DNA of 64,000 nt from Alphaproteobacteria bacterium (GTDB taxonomy: Bacteria > Pseudomonadota > Alphaproteobacteria > Sphingomonadales > Sphingomonadaceae): positions 37,539-101,538 of the forward strand of contig JAUIIG010000001.1 of assembly GCA_030431875.1 (NCBI GenBank), read 5' to 3'. The position numbers and the translations under genes are program-made. Of this stretch, positions 53,533 through 62,186 are shown one piece after another. A model generated the notes under the pieces. It made no database searches. It worked only from the letters and a program-made list of their open reading frames with translations, and was not told where the DNA came from. Every line of letters starts with the position of its first letter. Position 1 is the first letter of the stretch.

Positions 53533-54443
53533 CAGCCGCGCGGCCTGGCCATCGGATAGCTGCCGAACATCTGCACCTGCTTGCAGTGGAAGCGCAGTTC
53601 CTCGAAGGCGCGGTCCACCGCCGGATCGCCCCCATTGCCGTAACTGGGCGCACCGATGATATCGGCATAGAACATGGTGGCGGCGAAGCTGGCGCCCTTC
53701 TGGTAGCTTTCCAGCTTGGTCATGTTGACGCCGTTGGTGGCGAAGCAGCCGAGCGCCTTGTAGAGCGCGGCAGGCACGTTGTTCACCTCGAAGACGAAGG
53801 TGGTCATGGCCTGCTGTCCGGCCAGGCTTGCCGGGTCCAGCGGCTCGCGCGCCAGCACCACGAATCGCGTGGTGTTGTCGGCAGCGTCCTCGACGTTCTC
53901 TTCCACCACTTTCAGGCCGTAAAGGTCTGCCGCGAGCAGCGGGGCAATGGCCGCCACCTGCGGGTCGCCCAGTTCGGCCACATGCGCGGCAGCACCTGCC
54001 GTATCGGCATGGGCCAGCGGCACGATGCCCTTCTCGCGCAGGTAGTGGCGGCTCTGGCTGAGTGCGTGCGGATGGCTGAAGGCGGCCTTGAAGGGCCCCT
54101 CTTCCTCCAGCGCCATCAGCGCGTGTTCGATGGCGAGGAAGTGTTCGCCGACGATCGACAGCCCGCTTTCGGGCAGCAGAAAGTGGATGTCGGCCACACG
54201 GCCCGCCTGCGAATTCTCGATGGGGATCATCGCGCAACTGGCGCGGCCTTCCTTCACCGCCTCGATCGCGCCGAGGAAGCTGTAGCACGGCAGCGGCAGC
54301 GCCTCGGGGGCCCATTCGTTCACCGCGCGGTGCGAATTGGCTCCGGGCGCGCCCTGGAAAGCGATGGCGCGCGCAGGCTCCTGCGCGGCGGCGGCGTGCA
54401 TGGTCTCGACCAGTTCGAGCGCGGGGGCGGCATATGATTCCAT
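53532..54443 (-). CDS. pheA: Prephenate dehydratase
   Basis: FQGAPGANS, PIENS, SHPHAL, NTTRF, TKLES ACT domain. Confidence 0.95.
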   Translation of the reverse strand: MESYAAPALELVETMHAAAAQEPARAIAFQGAPGANSHRAVNEWAPEALPLPCYSFLGAIEAVKEGRASCAMIPIENSQAGRVADIHFLLPESGLSIVGEHFLAIEHALMALEEEGPFKAAFSHPHALSQSRHYLREKGIVPLAHADTAGAAAHVAELGDPQVAAIAPLLAADLYGLKVVEENVEDAADNTTRFVVLAREPLDPASLAGQQAMTTFVFEVNNVPAALYKALGCFATNGVNMTKLESYQKGASFAATMFYADIIGAPSYGNGGDPAVDRAFEELRFHCKQVQMFGSYPMARPRG

Positions 54444-54563
54444 TGGGGAAAGGCCGGTAGCCTTGCCACGCCCTGCCGACAAGCGTGCATCGACCCTTGC
54501 GCCCTTCGCCTCTGCGCACTAGAGCGCCCATCGAAACTTCCAACTGGCAGAACATCACTTGTC

Positions 54564-55211
54564 ATGAGCAACACCAACACGATCTTCGGCTGGGTCCTTG
54601 CCAGCGGCATTGTCGCCCTCGGCCTTACTTCGATCAGTTCGAAGTATTTCCATGCGGATAACCCCGAAGTCCACGACGACCACTACGGCTATGTGATTGA
54701 AGCGGCTGAAGGCGGCGGCGCCGAAGCTGCCGGTCCGTCGCTGGCAGAGCTGCTCGCCACCGGCGATGCTGCCGCTGGTGAAGCTGTCTTCGCCAAGTGC
54801 GTTGCCTGCCACACGATCGAACAGGGCGGTGCTGCCGGTATCGGCCCGAATCTCTACGGCGTGATCGGCACCCCGATCGCCAGCCACGCTCCGGGCTTCG
54901 CCTATTCCAGCGCGCTGGCCGACCATGGCGGTGACTGGGACTATGACAACCTCGATGCCTGGCTGTCCAGCCCGCGTGCCTTTGCCAACGGCACCAAGAT
55001 GAGCTTTGCCGGCCTGTCGAGCGCTGAAGAACGCGCCAACCTGATCCTTTACATGCGCAACTACGGCGGCGGCCCTGACCTGCCGCCGGTGCCGGTTGCG
55101 GAAGAAGCCGTGGCCGAAGAAGGCGCAGAGGATGCCGAATCCGGTGCAGCGGCGGAAGCCGTTGCCGAGCAGAACGCGGCTGCAGAGATCGTGGAAGCCA
55201 CCGAAGGCTGA
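54564..55211 (+). CDS. Membrane-anchored cytochrome c (CycM/c_y-like)
   Basis: N-terminal TM helix, CVACH, GPNL, GTKM, acidic tail. Confidence 0.93.
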   Translation: MSNTNTIFGWVLASGIVALGLTSISSKYFHADNPEVHDDHYGYVIEAAEGGGAEAAGPSLAELLATGDAAAGEAVFAKCVACHTIEQGGAAGIGPNLYGVIGTPIASHAPGFAYSSALADHGGDWDYDNLDAWLSSPRAFANGTKMSFAGLSSAEERANLILYMRNYGGGPDLPPVPVAEEAVAEEGAEDAESGAAAEAVAEQNAAAEIVEATEG

Positions 55212-55235
55212 TCGCTTTCGCAGTGTCCGAAACAA

Positions 55236-55268
55236 GAAAGCCCCGGCGAAAACCGGGGCTTTTCTTTT
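55236..55268. terminator. Bidirectional intrinsic terminator
   Basis: AAAGCCCCGG / CCGGGGCTTT flanked by A and T runs. Confidence 0.85.
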
Positions 55269-55271
55269 GCC

Positions 55272-55946
55272 TCATTCCTGCTCGGCGCGTCCCTTGAAGC
55301 CCTGGGCGACAACGTACCATTCGCTGGAGCCCTTGCGGCTGGCGGGCGGCTTGGCATGCTTGACCGTCTTGAAGTGCTTCTTGAGCAGGTCGAGCAGTTC
55401 CCTGTCGGTGCCCCCGGCAAAGCCCTTGGCGACGAAAGCTCCGCCCTTGTCGAGCACTTCGACGGCGAACCATGCTGCGGCTTCGACCAATGCCATGGTG
55501 CGCAAATGGTCGGTCTGCTTGTGGCCCACGGTGTTGGCCGCCATGTCCGACATGACGAGGTCCGGCGGGCCGTCGAGCGCGGCGGTCAGGGCCTCGGGCG
55601 CGGCTTCGTCCATGAAATCCATCAGCAGGATCTCGACGCCCTCGATCGCTTCGGTCTCGAGGATGTCGATGCCGACGATGGCCGCCTTGGGCGCCTTGCG
55701 CCGCACGACCTGAGCCCAGCCGCCCGGCGCGATGCCAAGGTCGACCACGCGCTGCACACCTTTCAGCAGGCCGAATCGCTCGTCCAGTTCGATCAGCTTG
55801 AAGGCGGCGCGGCTGCGATAGTTCTCGTCCTTGGCGCGCTTCACGTAAGGATCGTTGAGCTGGCGTTCGAGCCAGCGCTGGCTCGATGCCTTGCGCTTCT
55901 TCGCCGTCTTTAGGCGGCGCTGCGAATCCTGTCCGGCGCGCGACAT
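55272..55946 (-). CDS. rlmE: 23S rRNA Um2552 methyltransferase
   Basis: YRSRAAFKL, DLG.APGGW, SDMAANT, KPPASR. Confidence 0.96.
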   Translation of the reverse strand: MSRAGQDSQRRLKTAKKRKASSQRWLERQLNDPYVKRAKDENYRSRAAFKLIELDERFGLLKGVQRVVDLGIAPGGWAQVVRRKAPKAAIVGIDILETEAIEGVEILLMDFMDEAAPEALTAALDGPPDLVMSDMAANTVGHKQTDHLRTMALVEAAAWFAVEVLDKGGAFVAKGFAGGTDRELLDLLKKHFKTVKHAKPPASRKGSSEWYVVAQGFKGRAEQE

Positions 55947-57127
55947 CAGCGAAGCCCTCCGGACTGCTTGATCCGGCGCAGGGCTGCCTGGGCCTCGTAC
56001 CCTTCGGCATCGGCGGCCATCAGGCTGCGCAGGATACCTTCACGAATGCCGCGATCCGCCACGCCAAGGCGTTCTGCAGGCCAGATGTCGAGGATCGCTT
56101 CGAGGATGGCGCACCCGGCCACCACCAGGTCGGCGCGGTCGTGGCCGATGCAGTCGAGCTGGCTGCGTTCATGCGGCGACATTCCCGACAGCCGCTGCGA
56201 GATATCGCGCATCGATTCTGCCGGCACGATCAGGCCATCGACTGCCTTGCGATCGTATTGCGGCAGGCCGAGGTGGACGCTGGCAAGCGTCGTCACCGTG
56301 CCGCTGGTACCCAGCAAGCGCTGTTCGGGGGCCTTGTGCCGGTCGATCCGCTCGGCGAATTCGGCGAAGCTGTCGAGCACCAGCTGCTTCATCCTAGTGT
56401 AGCGCGCCAGCCGCCCGTGTTCGTCTTCCGGTTCCTTGCCGACGGTTTCCGAAAGCGAGACCACGCCCCAGGGCACGCTCTGCCAGTCGAGGATGCGCGG
56501 CACCGGGGCACCGGGTTCGATCAGCACCAGCTCGGTCGAGCCGCCGCCGATATCGAAGATGATCGCGGGGCCGATGCCGTCCTCCAGCAGGATGTGGCAG
56601 CCCAGCACGGCGAGGCGGGCCTCTTCCTGCGCGCTGATGATATCGAGCACGATACCGGTTTCGTCCTTCACCCGCTGGATGAAGGCTTCACCATTGACGG
56701 CGCGGCGACAGGCCTCCGTAGCGACCGAGCGGGCGAGGTGGACATTGCGCTTGCGCAGCTTGTCGGCGCAGACCTTCAGGGCACCTAGCGCGCGGTCCAT
56801 CGCGTGATCGGACAGGCGGCCGGTCTGCGCCAGCCCTTCGCCCAGTCGCACCACGCGGCTGAAGGCGTCGATCACGACGAAATTCTCGTCGGCCGGACGC
56901 GCGATCAGCAGGCGGCAATTGTTGGTGCCGAGGTCGATGGCCGCATAGGCTTGCTTGAAGCTCTTGTGTGGAGGGCGGCGCCATGGCCGCGCGCTGCGCG
57001 GGCTGCCCCTGTTGTTGTCGCCGGAACTGCTATTTTGGCCTTGGTGCTGGTTCGGTCGCCTTGCTTGCCCCTTGGGCGCCCTGTTACCGGCCTTTTCGCG
57101 TTCGTCCGGCGGATTGATATCCGCCAT
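55946..57127 (-). CDS. ppx: Ppx/GppA phosphatase
   Basis: AIDLGTNNCR, ATEACR, DIGGGSTE, GIREG. Confidence 0.92.
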   Translation of the reverse strand: MADINPPDEREKAGNRAPKGQARRPNQHQGQNSSSGDNNRGSPRSARPWRRPPHKSFKQAYAAIDLGTNNCRLLIARPADENFVVIDAFSRVVRLGEGLAQTGRLSDHAMDRALGALKVCADKLRKRNVHLARSVATEACRRAVNGEAFIQRVKDETGIVLDIISAQEEARLAVLGCHILLEDGIGPAIIFDIGGGSTELVLIEPGAPVPRILDWQSVPWGVVSLSETVGKEPEDEHGRLARYTRMKQLVLDSFAEFAERIDRHKAPEQRLLGTSGTVTTLASVHLGLPQYDRKAVDGLIVPAESMRDISQRLSGMSPHERSQLDCIGHDRADLVVAGCAILEAILDIWPAERLGVADRGIREGILRSLMAADAEGYEAQAALRRIKQSGGLR

Positions 57128-57248
57128 GTTCGTATTCCAAATAATCTATCACCCGCCCGTGCTGTAAAGCGCGACGAGCGGAAACCTGGTTTCAGGCTAT
57201 ACCAACGGGCGGATTGGCACAAGTCGGACACGGCGGTAGGGCTGGTGC

Positions 57249-57830
57249 ATGGAATCTTCCCCCACGATTGCCCTGTTCGCCAAGTACCCGCAGGCGGGGC
57301 TGGCCAAGACCCGGCTGGCACCCCTGCTGGGCGAGGCCGGGGCGGCCGAAGTGCACCGCAAGCTGGTGGAGAAGACGCTTGTAACCATGCGCGAAAGCGG
57401 GCTGCCCTTTGCCGTCTATTTTGCGGGCGCACCGCGCGAACACTTTGCGGAATGGCTGGGCGACGGCGTGCCGCTGGTGGAGCAGGGCGAGGGTGACCTC
57501 GGTGCCCGGCTGGCGCGGGTGAAGGCCCCGGCGATCCTGCTGGGGGCGGACATTCCGGGGCTGCGGGTGGAGCACCTGACGGCTGCTGCCGAAGCGCTGG
57601 CGGAAAGCCCGGTGGTGATCGGTCCGGCCAGCGATGGTGGATACTACCTGCTTGGTTTTACGATGGAAATACCCTTTCTCTGGCAGGATATGCCTTGGGG
57701 GACTGAGAGGGTCCTAGCGAGGACTGAAGCCCGTCTGGCGGAGCGCAAGGTGCCTTATCGCCTGCTTGGCGAGTTGGACGACTGCGACCGGCCGGAAGAC
57801 CTCGCCGCATGGCCGGAGCTGCTGCCATGA
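57249..57830 (+). CDS. TIGR04282/DUF2064-type CofC-like transferase
   Basis: FAKYP..G.AKTRL, QGEGDLGARL, GPASDGGYYLLG, D.DRPED. Confidence 0.88.
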   Translation: MESSPTIALFAKYPQAGLAKTRLAPLLGEAGAAEVHRKLVEKTLVTMRESGLPFAVYFAGAPREHFAEWLGDGVPLVEQGEGDLGARLARVKAPAILLGADIPGLRVEHLTAAAEALAESPVVIGPASDGGYYLLGFTMEIPFLWQDMPWGTERVLARTEARLAERKVPYRLLGELDDCDRPEDLAAWPELLP

Positions 57831-58552
57831 GCCGCGTTTCCATCGTCGTCCCCATGCTCAACGAAGGGGCCGCACTGCCGGCGCTGGTCGAGCACTTGTC
57901 CAGGCTCGATCCTGTCCCTCTGGAGGTGCTGGCCGTCGATGGCCGGAGCGCCGACAATTCGATCATGCTGGCCGATGCGGCGGGCTGGCGGGTGCTGGTG
58001 ACCGATGCCGGGCGCGGCAGGCAGATCAACGCCGGTGTCGAAGCCGCGATGGGCGAATTTGTCGTCGTGCTCCATGCCGATACGATTCCGCCGACAGACA
58101 TGGTCGCGGTGATCGAAGCGACCCTGTCCGATCCGAAGATCGCGCTCGCCGGGTTCACCCCGATCATCCGTGGTTCGGAAAAGACGCGCTGGGGCACCAC
58201 GGCGCACAACTGGCTCAAGACCTGGTACGCGCCGCTGCTCACTCGCCCGCACCTGTTCCTGCGCGGGGTGCGGCTGCTGTTCGGTGACCACGCCATGTTC
58301 TTTCGTCGCGCGCAATTCCTCGAAAGCGGGGGCTGTGACCCCAATGCCAAGGTGATGGAGGAAGCGGACCTCTGCGTGCGCCTCGCGCGTTATGGCCGCG
58401 TCAAGCTCGTGCGCCGCACCGTTGTTACCAGCGACCGGCGCATCGCCGAGTGGGGAGCGCTTAAGGCCAACTGGATCTACTTCAAGGTCGGGATGCTATG
58501 GGCGCTGGGCATTCGCGAGCGGCTGGAACGGCATTACCCGGACGTGCGCTGA
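57827..58552 (+). CDS. TIGR04283-type family 2 glycosyltransferase
   Basis: SIVVPMLNE, DG.S.D, GRGRQINAG, LHADT, FGDH, YPDVR. Confidence 0.88.
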   Translation: MSRVSIVVPMLNEGAALPALVEHLSRLDPVPLEVLAVDGRSADNSIMLADAAGWRVLVTDAGRGRQINAGVEAAMGEFVVVLHADTIPPTDMVAVIEATLSDPKIALAGFTPIIRGSEKTRWGTTAHNWLKTWYAPLLTRPHLFLRGVRLLFGDHAMFFRRAQFLESGGCDPNAKVMEEADLCVRLARYGRVKLVRRTVVTSDRRIAEWGALKANWIYFKVGMLWALGIRERLERHYPDVR

Positions 58553-59625
58553 TTCCCCATCCGTTCGCCTCGAGCGAAGTCGAGAGTCGGTGGCGCGAGC
58601 GTGTCTCGACTACGCTCGACACGAACGGAAGGTTGAGGGAGGAAGCCGACAGAGATCGCGTAACCGATCAGCCGGTCCAGCCATGCGCTGTCCGTTCGCG
58701 GACAGGCGAGACCAGCTACTGACCGGAAGGCGCTGTCATCGAAGCGCGGGTTGCGGGTGAAGTAAGGCCCGAAAGTGCCCAGCAGGTGTCCCATCAGCAG
58801 GCGTTCGGCAGGGCGCAGGCTCGCCATGTCGACCGCGTCCGGCTCGACCACCACGGGATCGGGCAGGTGCGGTACGCGGGCTATGCCGTGGGCCAGTTCG
58901 GCGGCGGGCAGGGGAGCATCGGCGACAAGGTGGTAATAGCCGCCTTGCGCCCTGTCGAAGCGTTCTGCGAGCCGGACGATACCTTCGGCCACGTGGCAGA
59001 TCGGCACGAAATCGATGGTCGCCCCGCTCTTTGCCGGGAAAGTGCCGATCTTGCCGCGCGCCAGCAGCCGGAAAGCGTTGCACAGCGAGGGGAACTCGCG
59101 GATCGCGCCGGTCGCGCTGTCGCCCAGCACCACCGAAGGCCGGGCAATGACAAAGGGTACGCCGCTGTCCGCCACCACCCGTTCGGCAAGAGCCTTGCTC
59201 TCTTCATAGTTGTTGGTGAAGCGCGTACCTGCAGGGACCGGACCCTCGGCAATCTCGCCCTCGCGCGTGCCGCAGACATAGGCCGTGCTGACATGCAGCA
59301 AGCCTGCACCCGCCGTCTTGGCGAAGTGCGCCGCATTGCGCGTGCCGTCGACGTTGACCAGCGCCAGCTCCTCCTTAGAGGCGTCGAATTCGAGGCTCGC
59401 TGCGCAATGGATCAAAAGGTCGAAACCGCGCGGCTCCAGCCCCAACAGCGGCTGCGTCACATCGCCCGCCACGACCTCGATCCCATCCACCGGAACGCCG
59501 TCGTTGCCGCGCACCTCGCGCGTCCGGCGCACCATGGCGGTCACCTTGTGGCCCCGTGCCGCCAGCCGCGCGCAGACCTCGCCGCCGATCAGGCCGGCGG
59601 CTCCGGTAACGAGGACGCTCAGCAA
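58534..59625 (-). CDS. Extended SDR (NAD_binding_4, fatty acyl-CoA/thioester reductase-like); C-terminus reads through a REP doublet
   Basis: TGAAGLIG, HCAAS, HVSTAYVCG, YEESK, RPSVVLG; TTG start overlaps the methyltransferase stop. Confidence 0.85.
   Translation of the reverse strand: MLSVLVTGAAGLIGGEVCARLAARGHKVTAMVRRTREVRGNDGVPVDGIEVVAGDVTQPLLGLEPRGFDLLIHCAASLEFDASKEELALVNVDGTRNAAHFAKTAGAGLLHVSTAYVCGTREGEIAEGPVPAGTRFTNNYEESKALAERVVADSGVPFVIARPSVVLGDSATGAIREFPSLCNAFRLLARGKIGTFPAKSGATIDFVPICHVAEGIVRLAERFDRAQGGYYHLVADAPLPAAELAHGIARVPHLPDPVVVEPDAVDMASLRPAERLLMGHLLGTFGPYFTRNPRFDDSAFRSVAGLACPRTDSAWLDRLIGYAISVGFLPQPSVRVERSRDTLAPPTLDFARGERMGNQRTSG
58560..58629. repeat. Inverted REP doublet (REPIN-like)
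   Basis: TCCGTTCGCCTCGAGCGAAGTCGAGA (58560-58585) versus reverse complement of 58604-58629 TCCGTTCGTGTCGAGCGTAGTCGAGA; 23/26 identical. Confidence 0.8.
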
Positions 59626-60668
59626 CAGGGCGCTTCGGACTTGGTCGGATTGGCGTCGGACTGGCCGAAGGGAACAGCGGTACCGCAGCCGGGGAAGACG
59701 CCGTAGTGCCGCGAAAAATCGCCGATGAAGTCGAAATGCGGCGCAAAGCGCGTATCCGCCAGCATCATCCAGCTGTTGCCGCAGACCGGGAAGACCCGGC
59801 CCGCCTCGATCGCGTGGTGCGCATCGAGTTCGAACAGCTTCTCGTGCTCGGCCATGGTGCCCTTGTAGACCACGGCCTGGCCGTAATCCTCGCACTGCGG
59901 CTCCAGCCCGGCGAGCTTGAACAGCCGGTAAGTGGCCGAGACAAAGCTGATGCCTGCCAGCTTCTCCGCCGCTTCGGCATCGTTGATGCCCAGCGGACGG
60001 TCGGTCACGAGACGCGGATCGGCAAAACCTGCGGCCTTGGCGATGCGGTCAAAATCGCCCCAGTAGAGCGCACCCGACAGGCATTCGCCGTGCAGCACCG
60101 GATCGTTGAGCAAGTGCTGCGGCACGCGTCGGTCGGCATAGACGTCGGAGAAGTAGAGCTCGCCGCCCGGCTTCAGCAGCTTGTGCGCGGCGGCGAAGAC
60201 GGCGGGCTTGTCGGCGACAAGGTTGATGACACAGTTGGAGACGATGACGTCGAAGCTTTCTGGCTCCAGCCCCAGCTGGTCCAGCTGCTCGATATCGCCT
60301 TCGACGAACTCGACATTGGCATAGCCGAAGCGGTCGGCGTGCCAATCCTTGTGGGCATTGGCCACGGCCAGCTGCTCGGGCGTCGCATCGACCCCCGTGA
60401 CACTGCCGGTCGGCCCGACCAGCTGCGCCAGCAGGTAAGCGTCCTGCCCGCTGCCCGAGCCGAGGTCGAGCACGCGGCAGCCTTCCAGCGCCTGCGGGAC
60501 GACGAGGCCACAGCCGTAGTAGCGCGCCTTCACCCCTTCGTGGACATTGCGCAGGGCCTCGCGGATCGAGGGGGAGGGCATCTCGAAAGTGCAACAGGCA
60601 TCGGTGCGCAGGTCGCCGGAACCTTCCAGCACCTTGCCGTAGTAATTCTGCGAGTTTTCGAGATTCAT
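59619..60668 (-). CDS. ArsM/AS3MT-like SAM-dependent methyltransferase
   Basis: DACC, YYGCG, DLGSGSG, SNCVINL, GECLSGA; C-terminal CC. Confidence 0.88.
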   Translation of the reverse strand: MNLENSQNYYGKVLEGSGDLRTDACCTFEMPSPSIREALRNVHEGVKARYYGCGLVVPQALEGCRVLDLGSGSGQDAYLLAQLVGPTGSVTGVDATPEQLAVANAHKDWHADRFGYANVEFVEGDIEQLDQLGLEPESFDVIVSNCVINLVADKPAVFAAAHKLLKPGGELYFSDVYADRRVPQHLLNDPVLHGECLSGALYWGDFDRIAKAAGFADPRLVTDRPLGINDAEAAEKLAGISFVSATYRLFKLAGLEPQCEDYGQAVVYKGTMAEHEKLFELDAHHAIEAGRVFPVCGNSWMMLADTRFAPHFDFIGDFSRHYGVFPGCGTAVPFGQSDANPTKSEAPCC

Positions 60669-60770
60669 GAAACCGTTTCTCCAGTGGGTCCGAAAGGATG
60701 CATGGACGAGATGAACTTCGTCGGCCATCCTTAATCGGTTACGCCCGGTGCCGGGCCATGGGGAGCCCAA

Positions 60771-62186
60771 GTGAAATACACGCATGACGTGATCGTGATC
60801 GGTGGTGGTGCTGCGGGGCTTACCGCGGCGGGCGGCTGCGCGCTATTCGGGCTAAAGACTGCCCTCATCGAAGGTCACAAGATGGGCGGCGAATGCCTCA
60901 ACAACGGCTGCGTGCCGTCGAAGGCGCTGATCGCCAGTGCCAAGCGCGCCGCCGAAGCGCGCGAGGAAAAGCGCGCCGGGGTGCAGCTGGCTGCGCCCAA
61001 GGTCGAGTGGAGCGGCGTTCACAAGCATGTCCACGATGCCATCGCCCACATCGCACCGCATGATTCGGTCGAGCGGTTCGAGGAGATGGGCTGCGAGGTC
61101 ATCGTGGACTGGGCGCGCCTGACCGGCCCCAACGAGGTTGAGGTGGGCGGCCGCAAGCTGACCGCGCCGCGCATTGTCATCGCCACCGGATCGGGACCGG
61201 CCGTGCCGCCGATCGAGGGGCTGGACGGCGTTCCTTACCTGACCAACGAGAACCTGTTCGACCTGACCGAGCAGCCCGACCACCTCGTAATCATCGGCGG
61301 CGGAGTGATCGGCATGGAAATGGCGCAGAGCTTCTGCCGCCTCGGCAGCCAGGTCACCGTGATCAATCCCGGCGAACTGATGGGCCGCGATGACCGCGAC
61401 TCCGTGGCCGTGGTGAAACAGGTAATGGAAAGTGAAGGTGTCCGCTTTATCGACGGCAAGGCGGACAAGGTGTCAGGCACGGCGGGCAGGATCTCCGTCA
61501 CCACCGATGGTGGAGAGGAGATCGAAGGATCGCACCTGCTGGTCGCTGTCGGACGCAAGGCGCGTACCGAAGGCTACGGGCTGGAGGAGTTGGGCATCGA
61601 ACTGGGCCGCAATGGCATCACAGTCGATGCCCGGCGGCGCACCAGCGTGAAGCACATCTACGCCATCGGCGATTGCCGCGAGGGGCCGCGACTGACCCAT
61701 GTCTCGGGCTACGAAGGCTCCAACGTGGTGCTGGAGATCGCGCTGGGCCTGCCGGCCAAGGTCGACTGGAAAGCGCTGCCATGGTGCACCTATACCGAAC
61801 CCGAAGTGGCGCAGGTGGGCCTGACAGAAACCGAGGCACGGGCCAAATACGGCGACAAGCTGCGCGTCGTGACCGAAGGCTTCGACCATAACGAGCGCGC
61901 CATTGCCGAAGGGCTTGATCAGGGCCACCTGAAGATGATGTTCAAGGGCAACAAGGTTGTCGGCGCCTCGATTTGCGGGGTTAATGCGGGCGAGCTGCTG
62001 TTGCCGATCACCCAGATGATCACCGGCAAGAGCGGCAGTTTCGACGTGGGCGGGGCGGTGATTTCCTATCCCACCCGCGCGGAGATCGTGAAGGCGGCGG
62101 CCTTTTCCGCGTGGGAGCCGACGCTGTTCGGCAAATGGCCCAAGCGCTGGGTGGCCTTCCTCGCCAGGATCAGGCGGGCGTTCTGA
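60771..62186 (+). CDS. MerA/dihydrolipoamide dehydrogenase-like flavoprotein disulfide reductase
   Basis: GGGAAG, GGECLNNGCVPSK, GGGVIG; ends YPT and lacks the MerA C-terminal Cys pair. Confidence 0.9.
   Translation: MKYTHDVIVIGGGAAGLTAAGGCALFGLKTALIEGHKMGGECLNNGCVPSKALIASAKRAAEAREEKRAGVQLAAPKVEWSGVHKHVHDAIAHIAPHDSVERFEEMGCEVIVDWARLTGPNEVEVGGRKLTAPRIVIATGSGPAVPPIEGLDGVPYLTNENLFDLTEQPDHLVIIGGGVIGMEMAQSFCRLGSQVTVINPGELMGRDDRDSVAVVKQVMESEGVRFIDGKADKVSGTAGRISVTTDGGEEIEGSHLLVAVGRKARTEGYGLEELGIELGRNGITVDARRRTSVKHIYAIGDCREGPRLTHVSGYEGSNVVLEIALGLPAKVDWKALPWCTYTEPEVAQVGLTETEARAKYGDKLRVVTEGFDHNERAIAEGLDQGHLKMMFKGNKVVGASICGVNAGELLLPITQMITGKSGSFDVGGAVISYPTRAEIVKAAAFSAWEPTLFGKWPKRWVAFLARIRRAF

Noticed and set aside
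54444-54563. Phe-codon leader for pheA (also checked about 100 nt upstream of aroC)
   Set aside because: No uORF enriched in aromatic codons was seen
57128-57248. tRNA or riboswitch upstream of ppx
   Set aside because: No cloverleaf, T-loop or recognisable aptamer consensus; only short inverted repeats
60771-62186. True mercuric reductase MerA
   Set aside because: Lacks the C-terminal Cys-Cys pair and NmerA domain; no mer genes nearby
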